64,000 nucleotides of DNA from an uncultured Acidobacteriota bacterium (GTDB taxonomy: Bacteria; Acidobacteriota; Vicinamibacteria; Vicinamibacterales; 2-12-FULL-66-21), in the NCBI GenBank assembly GCA_963750935.1, contig CAVVSR010000017.1:500-64499 (forward strand), given 5' to 3'. The notes below the pieces were generated by a model. It was given only the letters and a program-made list of their open reading frames with translations. It searched no databases and was not told where the DNA came from. Made by a program: the position numbers and the translations under genes. Position 1 is the first letter of the stretch. Every line of letters begins with the position of its first letter. Shown here one piece after another: positions 30,736 to 40,772 of this stretch.

Positions 30736-31941
30736 TCAGTCTTTCGCGATGGCCGGGAGCTCGCAGCGCGTCGGACGGTCGTTGCGGAATCCCAGCACGT
30801 AGTCCGCCTGCATCAGTTTGTGGATCTCGCGAGTGCCCTCGTAGATCACCGCTCCCTTGCAGTTGCGGTAGAAACGGCCAACGGGATACTCGTCGGAATA
30901 GCCATTGGCGCCGTGCACCTGCACCGCATCGCCGGCGGCACGCTCGGAGGCCACGGTCGAGAACCACTTCGCCAGCCCGGTCTCGCGCGTGTTGCGTCGT
31001 CCCTTGTTCTTGAGGAACCCGGCGCGCAGCCAGAGGAGCCGGGACGTCTGATAGTCCGACTCCATCTGCGCGATCATCTCCTTCACGAGCTGATGCTCGG
31101 CGATCGGCACGCCGAACGTCTTCCGCTCCTTCGCGTACTTGCTGCTCGCGTCGCGGCAGGCGCGGATCAGGCCGGTGGCGCCGGCCGCAACCGTATACCG
31201 TCCCTGATCGAGCGCGAACATCGCGATCTTGAAGCCTTCGCCCGGCCGCCCGACCAGGTTCGCCTCGGGCACCTCGACGTCCTCCATCTTGAAGAACCCG
31301 GTGTTGCCGGCGAGGATGCCCCACTTCTCCTTGAGCGTGCCGCTGGAGAATCCCTTGAAGCTGCGCTCGATGATGAACGCGCTGATCCCCGAGGTGTCGC
31401 GCTGCTTCTTCTTCTCGAGATCGGTCCACGCGAAGACCAGGAAGTTGTCGGCGACGTCGGCGAGCGAGATCCACATCTTCTCGCCGGTGACGACGTAGCG
31501 ATCGCCCTTCTTGATCGCAACGGTCTGGATGCCGCGGGCGTCGCTGCCCGCGGATGGCTCAGTCAGCCCGTAGGTGGAGATCTTCTTGCCCTGCGCCTGC
31601 GGCACGAGATACCGCTGCTTCTGATCCTCCGTGCCCCACGCAAGCAGGGTCAGGCAGTTCAGCCCGGCGTGCACCGACATGATGACGCGGAGCGACGTGT
31701 CCACGTACTCCAGCTCTTCGCTGATGATGCCGAGGCTGATGTAGTCCATGCCGGCGCCGCCATACTCGACCGGCACCGAGCATCCGAGCAGCCCCAGCTC
31801 GGCCATCTGCGGGAATATTCCCGGGTCGAACTTGTGCTGGCGATCGAGCTCGCGGATCCGCGGCGCGACTTCACGCGCGCCCCACTCGCGGACCGACTGT
31901 TCGAGCAGCTGCTGTTCTTCGGTCAAATCGAGATCGAACAT
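30736..31941 (-). CDS. acyl-CoA dehydrogenase
   Basis: MFDLDLTEEQQLL start at the ATG at 31941. GLTEPSAGSD, and a C-terminal YEGTREIHKL. Intact. Confidence 0.9.
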   Translation of the reverse strand: MFDLDLTEEQQLLEQSVREWGAREVAPRIRELDRQHKFDPGIFPQMAELGLLGCSVPVEYGGAGMDYISLGIISEELEYVDTSLRVIMSVHAGLNCLTLLAWGTEDQKQRYLVPQAQGKKISTYGLTEPSAGSDARGIQTVAIKKGDRYVVTGEKMWISLADVADNFLVFAWTDLEKKKQRDTSGISAFIIERSFKGFSSGTLKEKWGILAGNTGFFKMEDVEVPEANLVGRPGEGFKIAMFALDQGRYTVAAGATGLIRACRDASSKYAKERKTFGVPIAEHQLVKEMIAQMESDYQTSRLLWLRAGFLKNKGRRNTRETGLAKWFSTVASERAAGDAVQVHGANGYSDEYPVGRFYRNCKGAVIYEGTREIHKLMQADYVLGFRNDRPTRCELPAIAKD

Positions 31942-32044
31942 GACGGCGTCCTTTGGCGAAATATGAACGGAATATTGTAATTCAGGCCCGATCCCGCGCA
32001 GCCGCGCTGCCCGGCTGCCCGCTGACTCCTGTATTCTTGGGGGG

Positions 32045-32836
32045 ATGCGCCCCGTCATTGCCTTACTGAGCGATTTCGGCACCCGTGATCACTACGCGGG
32101 CACGATGAAAGGCGTGATGCTGACCATCTGCCCCGACGTGACCCTGGTCGACATCACACACGACGTGCCGGCGCACGACGTGCTCGACGGATCCCTGCAG
32201 CTGGCCGCCGCGGCCCGCTATTTCCCTCCCGGCACCATCTTCCTCGCCGTCGTCGATCCGGGTGTCGGCAGCAACCGACGCGGCATCGCCGCCGAGGCCG
32301 GGGAGTACAAGTTCGTCGCCCCGGACAACGGCGTCCTCACCTCGGTGCTGCGTGAGTGGGCGCCAAAGAAGATCGTCGAGCTCACCGAGCGGCGCTACGC
32401 GCGGCCGACGGTCAGCCGCACCTTCGAAGGCCGCGACCGGTTCGCCCCCGCCGCGGGCTGGCTGGCCAAGGGCATCCAGCTGACGGCGCTCGGCCGCCCC
32501 GCGGCCGACTATCACCGCCTCGACATCCCGGTGCCGCAAGTCGCCGACTCGACGATCAACGGCGTCGTGCTTCGCGTCGACCGCTTCGGCAACGTCGTCA
32601 CGAACATCGACCGGCGCGCGGTCGAATCGGTGGCGCGCTCGGGAACGATGTCGGTGTCGGCAGGGGGATATACGGTCGGACGGCTGGTGGCGACCTACGC
32701 GGACATCCAGCCGGGCGAGATCTGCGCGCTGTTCGGCAGCACCGATCATCTGGAGCTCGCCGCCAACTCCGAGAGCGCCGCGGACCGGCTTCAGCTCGGT
32801 CGCGGCGCATCGGTCGAAGTCAAACGGACGGCCTGA
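32045..32836 (+). CDS. SAM hydrolase / SAM hydroxide adenosyltransferase family protein (DUF62)
   Basis: VIALLSDFGTRDHYAGTMKGV, VVDPGVGS and APDNGVL. Two-domain length of 263 aa. Confidence 0.8.
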   Translation: MRPVIALLSDFGTRDHYAGTMKGVMLTICPDVTLVDITHDVPAHDVLDGSLQLAAAARYFPPGTIFLAVVDPGVGSNRRGIAAEAGEYKFVAPDNGVLTSVLREWAPKKIVELTERRYARPTVSRTFEGRDRFAPAAGWLAKGIQLTALGRPAADYHRLDIPVPQVADSTINGVVLRVDRFGNVVTNIDRRAVESVARSGTMSVSAGGYTVGRLVATYADIQPGEICALFGSTDHLELAANSESAADRLQLGRGASVEVKRTA

Positions 32837-32859
32837 CGCGGCGTCTCCGCCGCGCCCCG

Positions 32860-33573
32860 CTACGTCGTCGTCGGGGTGGCTGGTGGAGGTGACGCGGGTG
32901 TCGCCGGCGCCGTCGGCACAACGTCGGCCTTCTTGCGCAGCAGCATCTCGCGGGTGTTGTTCTTCAGCAGGAACGAATCCGATACGACCAGCCCGTCGAA
33001 CATCTTGATGATGTCGCGGTTCTGCAGGCTCTGCTTCTTGCCGCCGATGCCGGGGTGATACCGGTGGCGCAGGCTCTTCTCGTCCACGATCTCGTACTTC
33101 GTGAACGCCGACCGCTCGACCGACGACGTGCAGAAGAATCCCATGACCGCGCCGCCAGGCCGCAGCAGGCGCACGATCTGACGCGAGAGGGCCTGCGCTG
33201 AGTTCTTGTCGAGGAAGTCGAAGAGATCCCAGATGAGGATGCCGTCGATGCTGCCCTCGGCGTGCGAGAAGCGCGTGTCGAACGAGCCGCTGAAGTTCTC
33301 CGGGCCTTTGCCCTTGAGATGACGGTCGATATCGGCGAGCAGGTCTTCGATGAACAGCTTGCATCCGAGCCGTTCACCGCAGAACTCGACGTTGGCCCCG
33401 ATCACCGGACCGAAGTCGAGCAGGACTGGCGAGTCGCGATTGGAGAGCGTCGAGACGAACTTCGGGAACGCCTTCGACGGGACGACGGGCTCTTCCCGCG
33501 GCGCGGGTGCGTCTCCCTTGCCGGAGGCTGACTCCGACCGCTTACCGCCCCATTTGAGTAGATCTGAGAGCAT
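32860..33573 (-). CDS. class I SAM-dependent methyltransferase (predicted)
   Basis: Motif-I-like VLLDFGPVIG. A post-II/III region ILIWDLFDFLD...LLRPGGAVMGFF. Weak, motif-level call. Confidence 0.55.
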   Translation of the reverse strand: MLSDLLKWGGKRSESASGKGDAPAPREEPVVPSKAFPKFVSTLSNRDSPVLLDFGPVIGANVEFCGERLGCKLFIEDLLADIDRHLKGKGPENFSGSFDTRFSHAEGSIDGILIWDLFDFLDKNSAQALSRQIVRLLRPGGAVMGFFCTSSVERSAFTKYEIVDEKSLRHRYHPGIGGKKQSLQNRDIIKMFDGLVVSDSFLLKNNTREMLLRKKADVVPTAPATPASPPPATPTTT

Positions 33574-33661
33574 GGGTGTGCGTGGGGCCAGATCTCGAGG
33601 TTCTAACCGCGACGAAGCCGATCGCGATCAGAACACCGAGAGCTGGCCCCAGGCGTGGAAA

Positions 33662-34225
33662 TTACCGCGAGGCCGCTGCGGGCGTCGGCTGACTGGCTGG
33701 CGTGGACGCCGCCGCGGGCTTCTGCTCCGCCTTGTCCGTCTTGTCGCCGGCCTTGGCGCCAGTCCGCTGCATGTCGATGCTGCCGCGGAAGTGCGCGCCT
33801 TCAGCGATGGCCACCCGGGGCGCGGCGATGTCGCCGTCGACCGAGCCGTTGTCGCGAATTTCGACCTTCTCGGTGGCCGTGACGTTGCCCGTGACCTCGC
33901 CCAGAATCACCACGGACTTCGCAAATACTTGCGCCTTGATCTTGCCGTTCGGCCCGATGGTCAGCACATTCTGCCGAAGCTCGATCTTGCCCTCGACCTG
34001 TCCTTCGATCGCGAGATCTTCGCTGCCGTTGAGCTCGCCCTTGATAATCACGGATTTGCCGATATTCACGGTCTTCTCCAGTCCGCGGTGGGTGTCAACG
34101 GTCGTTACAGGCTGCTGGGTCCGCGCCGCCTCGGCGGCGGGCGGGGGCGCAGTGGGCGCGGCGGTCTGGGCCGGCGCCGGCTGTGTCGAGCCGGTCGGCT
34201 TTACCGCTTCATCCCTTTTCCACAT
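33662..34225 (-). CDS. bactofilin-family cytoskeletal protein
   Basis: A beta-helical repeat core (GKSVIIKGELNGSEDLAIEGQVEGKIEL..NVLTIGPNGKIKAQVFAKSVVILGEVTGNV.ATEKVEI) is flanked by Pro/Ala-rich tails. Confidence 0.85.
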   Translation of the reverse strand: MWKRDEAVKPTGSTQPAPAQTAAPTAPPPAAEAARTQQPVTTVDTHRGLEKTVNIGKSVIIKGELNGSEDLAIEGQVEGKIELRQNVLTIGPNGKIKAQVFAKSVVILGEVTGNVTATEKVEIRDNGSVDGDIAAPRVAIAEGAHFRGSIDMQRTGAKAGDKTDKAEQKPAAASTPASQPTPAAASR

Positions 34226-34382
34226 GTCGCACTCTCCACGTGTTGAGGATCACTAAACCTCCGCAGGGTGTCTGTACGCTTCCTCCAGCGCAGCAGTCGG
34301 AGTATACGAAAGCGTGTTTCGTCCTGTCTAGTCCTTTTACTGCTGAGACTTAGCGCCAGTGCTATCATTGGGCCAATCAGCG

Positions 34383-35540
34383 ATGCGCGTCTACTTCGAC
34401 CATAACGCGACCACCCCGGTCGACCCTGCCGTCGTCGAGGTCATGACCCGGGTCCTCCGGGAAGACTTCGGCAACGCCTCGAGCGTGCATCGCTTCGGGC
34501 AACAGGCCAAAGCCGTCCTCGACGAGGCCCGCTCGGCGGTCTCCACTCTTATCGGCGCGGACCCGTCAGAAGTTGTATTCACCAGCGGCGGCACAGAATC
34601 GGACAATGCCGCGATTCGAGGAGCGGCCGAGGCGCTGGAGCCGACCGGACGCCGGCATCTCATTGCCACGACCATCGAGCACGAGGCGGTCCTGGTGACC
34701 TTCAAGGCCCTCGCCCGCCGCGGCTGGCGGACGACCCTCCTGCCTGTGGACGAGACGGGTATCGTGAAGCCTGAGGCGCTCGAGGCGGCGATCACCGACG
34801 ACACGGCGATCGTCTCGATCATGCACGCGAACAACGAGTTGGGCACCATCCAGCCGGTGGCGGAGATGGCCCGGATCGCGCACAGCCGCGGCGCGCTCTT
34901 CCACACCGATGCGGTGCAGTCGGTCGCGAAGATTCCGGTGGACGCGCGCGCCCTCGGCGCCGACCTGCTGTCGCTGTCGGCGCACAAGTTCAACGGTCCA
35001 AAGGGGGCCGGGGCGCTGTGGATCAAGCGCGGGACGCGGCTGCTGCCGATTCTGACCGGCGGCAAGCACGAGCGAACCCGCCGGGCGGGCACCGAGAACG
35101 TCCCGGCGATTGCCGGCCTCGGGGTCGCCGCGCGAGTCGCCTTGAAGAAGGCGCCCGATGCGCTGCCTCGCGTCGCGGCGCTTCGCGATCGCCTCGAGCG
35201 CGAGATCCTCGCCCGCGTCCCCGGCACGATCGTGAACGGCGCGACCGATCAGCGCGTGCCGAACACGACGAATATCAGCTTCGACCGGATCGAGGCCGAA
35301 TCGCTCCTGATCGCGCTGGATCTCGAGGGCATTGCGGTCTCCACCGGCGCGGCCTGCTCGTCGGGCACGCTGGAACCGTCGCACGTTCTCCGGGCCATGG
35401 GACTGCCCACGCACCGGGCGCAGAACTCGATCCGGTTCAGCCTCGGCGCCGACAACAGCGACGCGGAAGTGGACTATCTCCTCGAGAAGCTGCCCAGGGC
35501 GGTCGAGAAGCTCCGCACGCTCACGGCCGCAAGGCGGTAG
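34383..35540 (+). CDS. cysteine desulfurase (IscS/NifS family)
   Basis: MRVYFDHNATTP, the PLP-lysine SAHKFNGPKG and the catalytic loop STGAACSSG. The ORF track starts at 34359. Confidence 0.9.
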   Translation: MRVYFDHNATTPVDPAVVEVMTRVLREDFGNASSVHRFGQQAKAVLDEARSAVSTLIGADPSEVVFTSGGTESDNAAIRGAAEALEPTGRRHLIATTIEHEAVLVTFKALARRGWRTTLLPVDETGIVKPEALEAAITDDTAIVSIMHANNELGTIQPVAEMARIAHSRGALFHTDAVQSVAKIPVDARALGADLLSLSAHKFNGPKGAGALWIKRGTRLLPILTGGKHERTRRAGTENVPAIAGLGVAARVALKKAPDALPRVAALRDRLEREILARVPGTIVNGATDQRVPNTTNISFDRIEAESLLIALDLEGIAVSTGAACSSGTLEPSHVLRAMGLPTHRAQNSIRFSLGADNSDAEVDYLLEKLPRAVEKLRTLTAARR

Positions 35541-35551
35541 GTTTCAAGCCA

Positions 35552-36622
35552 ATGCGAATTGTCGTCGCGATGTCGGGCGGCGTGGACTCTTCCGTCGCGG
35601 CTGCCCTGCTCGCCCGTGACGGTCACGACGTCGTCGGCCTGTCGATGCAGCTGTACGACCACTCCGGCCGCGACGGCGACGGACAGGTGCGCTTCGGCAG
35701 CTGCTGCACGATCGACGATCTCCACGACGCACGCCGCGTTGCCAGCGCCCTCGGCATCCCGCACTACATCGTCAACTTCGAGCGGCAGTTCGGCGAGACG
35801 GTCGTGTCGAACTTCATCCGGGAGTATTCGTCCGGCCGCACGCCGATTCCCTGCGTCCACTGCAACGGCGACCTGAAGTTCGCGACGCTGGCGTCGCGGG
35901 CCGGCGCGTTCGGCGCCGAGCTCGTCGCCACCGGGCATTACGCGCGCGTCGAGCGGGACGGAGCCGGCCGGTTCCTGCTGAAGCGCGGCGCCGACAGCTC
36001 GAAGGATCAGTCGTATTTCCTGTTCACCCTCACGCAGGAGCAGCTCTCGCACGCCGTCTTTCCGGTCGGCGGGCTCGACAAGCGCGAAGTTCGGGACCTC
36101 GCGCGCGAGCTGGGACTTGCCGTGTCCGACAAGCCGGACAGCCACGAGATCTGCTTCGTCAGCGACGGCGACCACGCCGCATTCATGGCCGAGCACGGCG
36201 CGGTGCCTGGTCCAGGGCAGATTCGCGACGTCGCCGGCAACGTGATCGGCGCGCACGACGGCATCCACCGCTACACCGTCGGCCAGCGCAAGGGCCTGGG
36301 TCTCTCCTCGCCGATGCGGCTGTACGTAGTCGGGATCGACGCCGAAGCGGGTGCGGTCACGGTCGGGCCGCGCGAGGCGCTCGAGCGGACCGAGTTGACG
36401 GCGTCAGACGTCAACTGGGTGTCGGGTGCGGAGCCGGTCGAGGGGACGCGGGCGACGGCGCAGATTCGCTATCGCCACCGCGAGGGCTCGGTCACGATCA
36501 CGCCGCTGCCGGATCGACGCGTGCGCGCGGTGTTCGACGAGCCACAGTACGCGGTCGCGCCGGGACAGGCGGTCGTCTTCTACGACGGCGATGTGGTCCT
36601 GGGCGGTGGGTGGATCGACTAA
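35552..36622 (+). CDS. mnmA: tRNA 2-thiouridine(34) synthase
   Basis: MRIVVAMSGGVDSSVAA PP-loop, CCTIDD and GHYAR. It lies 12 nt downstream of the desulfurase. Confidence 0.95.
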   Translation: MRIVVAMSGGVDSSVAAALLARDGHDVVGLSMQLYDHSGRDGDGQVRFGSCCTIDDLHDARRVASALGIPHYIVNFERQFGETVVSNFIREYSSGRTPIPCVHCNGDLKFATLASRAGAFGAELVATGHYARVERDGAGRFLLKRGADSSKDQSYFLFTLTQEQLSHAVFPVGGLDKREVRDLARELGLAVSDKPDSHEICFVSDGDHAAFMAEHGAVPGPGQIRDVAGNVIGAHDGIHRYTVGQRKGLGLSSPMRLYVVGIDAEAGAVTVGPREALERTELTASDVNWVSGAEPVEGTRATAQIRYRHREGSVTITPLPDRRVRAVFDEPQYAVAPGQAVVFYDGDVVLGGGWID

Positions 36623-36652
36623 AGGAGTGTAAGGTTCACGTCGCCCGTAAGG

Positions 36653-37612
36653 TCAGGCGTGAACCTGTGCCTCACCCATGTGCTGGGGAACGCCTTCCAG
36701 GTACTTTTCGGCATCGATCGCGGCCATGCATCCGGAGCCGGCGGCGGTGACGGCCTGGCGGTAGATGTGGTCCTGCACGTCGCCGGCGGCGAACACACCG
36801 GGGACGCTGGTGCGGGTGCCATCGTGCGTGCGGATGTAGCCGTTGGCGTCCATCTCGAGCTTGCCCGTGAACAGCGACGTGTTCGGCGTGTGACCGATCG
36901 CCACGAACACGCCCTCCACCGGCAGTGACTTCCGCTCTCCGGTCTTGCTGTTCAGCAGCTTCATCGACGTGACCTCACCCTTCGCGGTGTCGTCGATGCT
37001 CTCCACCTCGGTGTTCCACTCGAACGAGATCTTCGGATTGGCGAACGCCTTGTCCTGCATGATCTTCGACGCCCGCAGCGTGTCGCGGCGATGGACGACG
37101 GTGACGTGTGAGGCGAAGCGCGTGAGGAATATCGCTTCCTCCATCGCGGAGTCGCCGCCGCCGACCACGGCGATCGGCTTGCCGCGGAAGAAGTAGCCGT
37201 CGCAGGTCGCGCAGGTGGAGACGCCGTGACCGATCAGCGCGCGTTCCGAGGGCAGTCCCAGCAGCCTGGCCGACGCACCTGTCGCCACGATCAACGTGCG
37301 GCAGGTGAAGACCTCGTCTGGCGTGACCACCTTGAACGGGTGACTGGAGAGGTCGACTTCCTTGACGTGGCTGCGCACGATCTCCGCGCCGAACCGTTCC
37401 GACTGCGCGCGCATCTCCCCCATCAGCTCCGGCCCCATGATGCCGTCACGATGGCCCGGCCAGTTCTCGACCAGGGTCGTCAGCATCAGCTGCCCGCCGG
37501 CCTCGAGCCCCTCGATGATGAGCGGCTTCAGGTTCGCGCGTGCGGTGTAGAGTCCCGCAGTCAGACCCGCAGGACCGGAACCAATGACGATGACGTTGCG
37601 CGGCGTTGACAT
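36653..37612 (-). CDS. trxB: thioredoxin-disulfide reductase
   Basis: [10 protein letters not shown], the redox-active CATCDG and [10 protein letters not shown]. Confidence 0.95.
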   Translation of the reverse strand: MSTPRNVIVIGSGPAGLTAGLYTARANLKPLIIEGLEAGGQLMLTTLVENWPGHRDGIMGPELMGEMRAQSERFGAEIVRSHVKEVDLSSHPFKVVTPDEVFTCRTLIVATGASARLLGLPSERALIGHGVSTCATCDGYFFRGKPIAVVGGGDSAMEEAIFLTRFASHVTVVHRRDTLRASKIMQDKAFANPKISFEWNTEVESIDDTAKGEVTSMKLLNSKTGERKSLPVEGVFVAIGHTPNTSLFTGKLEMDANGYIRTHDGTRTSVPGVFAAGDVQDHIYRQAVTAAGSGCMAAIDAEKYLEGVPQHMGEAQVHA

Positions 37613-37636
37613 GTCGGCAGGCGGCGTCGGTCGCGG

Positions 37637-37966
37637 TTAGACGTGGCGGTCGATCATCTTCTTGAGCGAGTCCTTGTCGGCGAGCCCGACGACCTGCTCG
37701 ACCAGCTGTCCGCCCTTGAACAGCAGCAGCGTCGGGATCCCCCGGATGCTGAACCGCATGGGCGTGGCGGGGTTCTCGTCGACGTTCATCTTGGCGACCA
37801 GGACCTTGCCGTTGTAGTCGTTCGCCAGCTCGTCGACCGTCGGTGCCAGACGCCGGCACGGCCCGCACCATTCCGCCCAGAAGTCGACCAGGATCGGCTG
37901 GCTGGACTGATTGACTGTCTGCTCGAAGTTCGCGTCGGTGAGTGTCTGGACCTTTTCAGAAGCCAT
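37637..37966 (-). CDS. trxA: thioredoxin
   Basis: WAEWCGPCR active site. The start was taken at the internal ATG at 37966 (MASEKVQTLTDANF). Confidence 0.9.
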   Translation of the reverse strand: MASEKVQTLTDANFEQTVNQSSQPILVDFWAEWCGPCRRLAPTVDELANDYNGKVLVAKMNVDENPATPMRFSIRGIPTLLLFKGGQLVEQVVGLADKDSLKKMIDRHV

Positions 37967-37979
37967 AACTGGATGTCCC

Positions 37980-39734
37980 TCAGGAATGCGCACTGTACAC
38001 TTTGACATACTCCCGGGCTGAAACGTCCCAGGAGTGGTCCTCGCGCATGGCGGCCTGCTGCATGCTCTTCCACAGGCCAGGTTTCGCGTATGCCGTCAGG
38101 GCGCGTCGGACGGCACCGACCAGGGCGGCCGGCGTGTAATCCGCAAATTTGAAGCCAGTTGCCCCCGACCCGCCGGTGTCGCGCACGGTATCGTCGAGGC
38201 CGCCGGTCGCCCGGACGATCGGCAGCGTGCCGTATCGCAGGCTGTTCAGTTGGTTGAGGCCGCACGGCTCGAATCGCGACGGCATCAGGAACGCGTCGGC
38301 CCCCGCCTCGATCAGGTGTTCCAGCCGGTCGCTGAAGCCGATCGTGGTCGATACCCGATCCGGATACCGGCTGGCGAGCGCGACCCATTGCTCCTCGTAG
38401 CGCCGTTCGCCGCTTCCGAGCATCACCCAGGTCGCATCGAGCGACATCAGGTCGTCGAGACTCGCGCCAATCAGATCGAAGCCCTTTTGATCCGTCAGGC
38501 GCGACACGAGCCCGATGAGCGGCCGCTTCGACGCCGAGTCACCGCCGGCGAGCCCGACTGCCTGGAGAAGTGCGGCCTTGGAGGCCGCTTTCCCGGACAG
38601 ATCCGCTGCCGTGTACGGGGCCGGCAGGAACTCGTCCGCGCTCGGATTCCACCGGTCGGTGTCGATGCCGTTGAGGATGCCGACCAGGCTGCGGCTGCGG
38701 CGCGTCAACACGCCGTCGAATCCGAAGCCCATGTCGGAGGTGAGGATTTCCTTCGCATAGCGCGGGCTCACGGTCGTCAGGCGCTCGCTGAAGTTGATGC
38801 CGGCCTTGAGGAAGCTGATCTGCCCCCAGAATTCCATCGCCTGGACGTTGAAGACGTCCCACGGCAGCCCGATGTCCGCCAGCGTCGACGCCGGGAAAAG
38901 TCCCTGAAACGCCAGGTTGTGGATGGTGAAGACCGACGGCACGCCACCGACGATCGGGTCGTCCGAGAAGAACATCTTCTGGTAGGCGGGGACGAGCCCC
39001 GCCTGCCAGTCGTGCGCGTGAATCACGGACGGACGCTCGCCGCGCCGGCGGAGGTACTCGATCGCGCCGCGACAGAGGACCGCGAACCGGAGCGCGTTGT
39101 CGGCGTAGTCGCCCAGCTGGTTGCCGTACAGACCCTCGCGCTGGAACAGGTCCGGCGCATCAATCAATACCGCGGTCACCCGCGGGGCTATCTGCTTCTC
39201 GACGAAGCCGACGACATGGCGCGCGTGTCCCAGGTCCAGCACCACCTCGTCTCCCGGCGCGTCGTCAGTCTCGCGGTATTTGGGGAGAATCACCGTGACC
39301 GCATGACCGAGCCGGGCCAGGGCCTGTGGAAGGCTGCCCACGACTTCGGCAAGGCCGCCGGTCGTCGCAAAGGGTCGGGCCTCTGACGCCACCATCACGA
39401 CATGAAGCGGCGTGCCCGCAGACGGCTTTCCCTTCGCGGGACGAGATTGTGCCGCCGGCTTCTTCGGTGCAGCCGCGGCCTTCCGCGCCGCCGGCGGTTT
39501 GGTCCTTTTCGAACCGACCGAAGCAGCCGCCGGCCTTGCCGCCGTGGCAGGACGAGCCGGTGACGGCGGCTTGCGTTTCGGGATCGCAGACTTAGCCGAT
39601 GCCAGCGGCGTCTTGGCCGCCGACGGCTCCGCCGGTGGAGTGCTCTCGGCTTTCCTGCGCGTGCGTGGTGTCTTCGAGGGGGCGACTGCGGGTTTCTGCC
39701 GGTCTTCTATCGGGGGACGTTTCTTGGCCATCAA
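37980..39734 (-). CDS. glgA: glycogen synthase with a ~109-aa Lys/Pro/Ala-rich N-terminal extension
   Basis: The catalytic part starts at LHVVMVASEARPFATTGGLAEV (KTGGL-like). It includes IHAHDWQAG and PSRFEPCGLNQL. The same frame stays open upstream through MMAKKRPPIEDRQKP...AAPKKPAAQSRPAKGKP. Confidence 0.9.
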   Translation of the reverse strand: MMAKKRPPIEDRQKPAVAPSKTPRTRRKAESTPPAEPSAAKTPLASAKSAIPKRKPPSPARPATAARPAAASVGSKRTKPPAARKAAAAPKKPAAQSRPAKGKPSAGTPLHVVMVASEARPFATTGGLAEVVGSLPQALARLGHAVTVILPKYRETDDAPGDEVVLDLGHARHVVGFVEKQIAPRVTAVLIDAPDLFQREGLYGNQLGDYADNALRFAVLCRGAIEYLRRRGERPSVIHAHDWQAGLVPAYQKMFFSDDPIVGGVPSVFTIHNLAFQGLFPASTLADIGLPWDVFNVQAMEFWGQISFLKAGINFSERLTTVSPRYAKEILTSDMGFGFDGVLTRRSRSLVGILNGIDTDRWNPSADEFLPAPYTAADLSGKAASKAALLQAVGLAGGDSASKRPLIGLVSRLTDQKGFDLIGASLDDLMSLDATWVMLGSGERRYEEQWVALASRYPDRVSTTIGFSDRLEHLIEAGADAFLMPSRFEPCGLNQLNSLRYGTLPIVRATGGLDDTVRDTGGSGATGFKFADYTPAALVGAVRRALTAYAKPGLWKSMQQAAMREDHSWDVSAREYVKVYSAHS

Positions 39735-39850
39735 TCAGCGTGCGCGCGTGCGGGTCAAAACGTCGAGTGTAACACGGCGATTCAGCCGCTTGTCGATGTT
39801 GACGGACGTCGGAATCCTTTTGAGACGGCGGCGGGCGCGCAGCTACAGCG

Positions 39851-40709
39851 TTGTATGATGCCGCTGTGGCGGAAGCTCAGCCGACTCGTTCCGAGCCGAG
39901 AGAAATCGTCGAGCTCCGGCGTCTGAAGAACGATCAGCCGGATCTCGCGGCCGCCGCCGATCTCCAAATCGAATTGCTCCAGCTGCAGCGGCGCGTCCAA
40001 TCCCGCGTGCCGCTGCCGGCGGTTCGCCTCGACGCCGACTATCTCGCCGGCCTGCTCAAAGCCGGTCCGATCCTGCAGTTCGAGCATCTCAAGATCGACT
40101 GGAGCGACATCCGCTTCCTGGTGCGGGCGGTCGCGGCGGCGATGCGCACGCATGAGGCGCTCGATCCCGGCGATCTGCAAAAGGTCGAGGCCATCACCCG
40201 CGACGCCGAGCGCCTGCCGGTGCGTGGTGCGTGCCTGGTACGACGCGACCGGTCCGTCGGCTGCGGTCACCACCCTGCCAGAAGCGGCGGAGGGCCTCGA
40301 GACGGTCTTCCTGCAGGCGATGCGGCCAATTCTCACGCGCGCCGCCGACGCGATCCTGGCGCGGCTCGACATCACCACATGGCTGCACGGCAACTGTCCG
40401 GTGTGCGGCGGCGAGCCGGACCTCGCGGTGATCACGCCGGCGGCCGACCGGCTGCTGATCTGCGGCCGCTGCCTCGCGCGCTGGCGTTTCGATCAGCTGA
40501 CGTGCCCGTTCTGCCGGAATGCCGATCGGTCGCGGATCACGTCGTTTGCCAGCCGCGACGGGCAGTACCGGCTGTTTGCCTGCGACGTCTGCGAGCGGTA
40601 CATCAAGGCATACGACGCGCGCCGGGCACCCCGCCCGGTGATGCCCCCGGTCGACTCCGTCGCGACGCTGCCGCTGGATGCGGCGGCGATGCAGCGCGGC
40701 TACAAATGA
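39851..40709 (+). pseudogene. fdhE: FdhE-like (formate dehydrogenase accessory) protein, frame break at a 7-bp tandem duplication
   Basis: The C-terminal rubredoxin-like Cys pairs CPVCGG, CGRC, CPFC and CDVC are in ORF 40152..40709. The N-terminal helical part is in the ORF from 39851. GGTGCGT is directly duplicated at 40219-40232, and deleting one copy restores ...LPVRAWYDATG. Confidence 0.7.
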
Positions 40710-40713
40710 AAAA

Positions 40714-40745
40714 GGCCGGCAGCGGTTGCTGTCGGCCCTTTTCTT
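40714..40745. terminator. Rho-independent, probably bidirectional terminator
   Basis: GGCCGGCAGC-GGTT-GCTGTCGGCC forms a 10-bp stem with one G.U pair. It is followed by CTTTTCTT and preceded by AAAAA. It lies between the convergent fdhE-like gene and the carboxypeptidase gene. Confidence 0.75.
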
Positions 40746-40772
40746 GATGATCGGGATGGCCCGAAGAATCGG

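Noticed and set aside
36632-36666. Hairpin AGGTTCACG-N17-CGTGAACCT between mnmA and trxB as a terminator.
   Set aside because: The loop is long (17 nt), there is no flanking T- or A-tract, and the right arm lies inside the trxB 3' end. The support is too weak.
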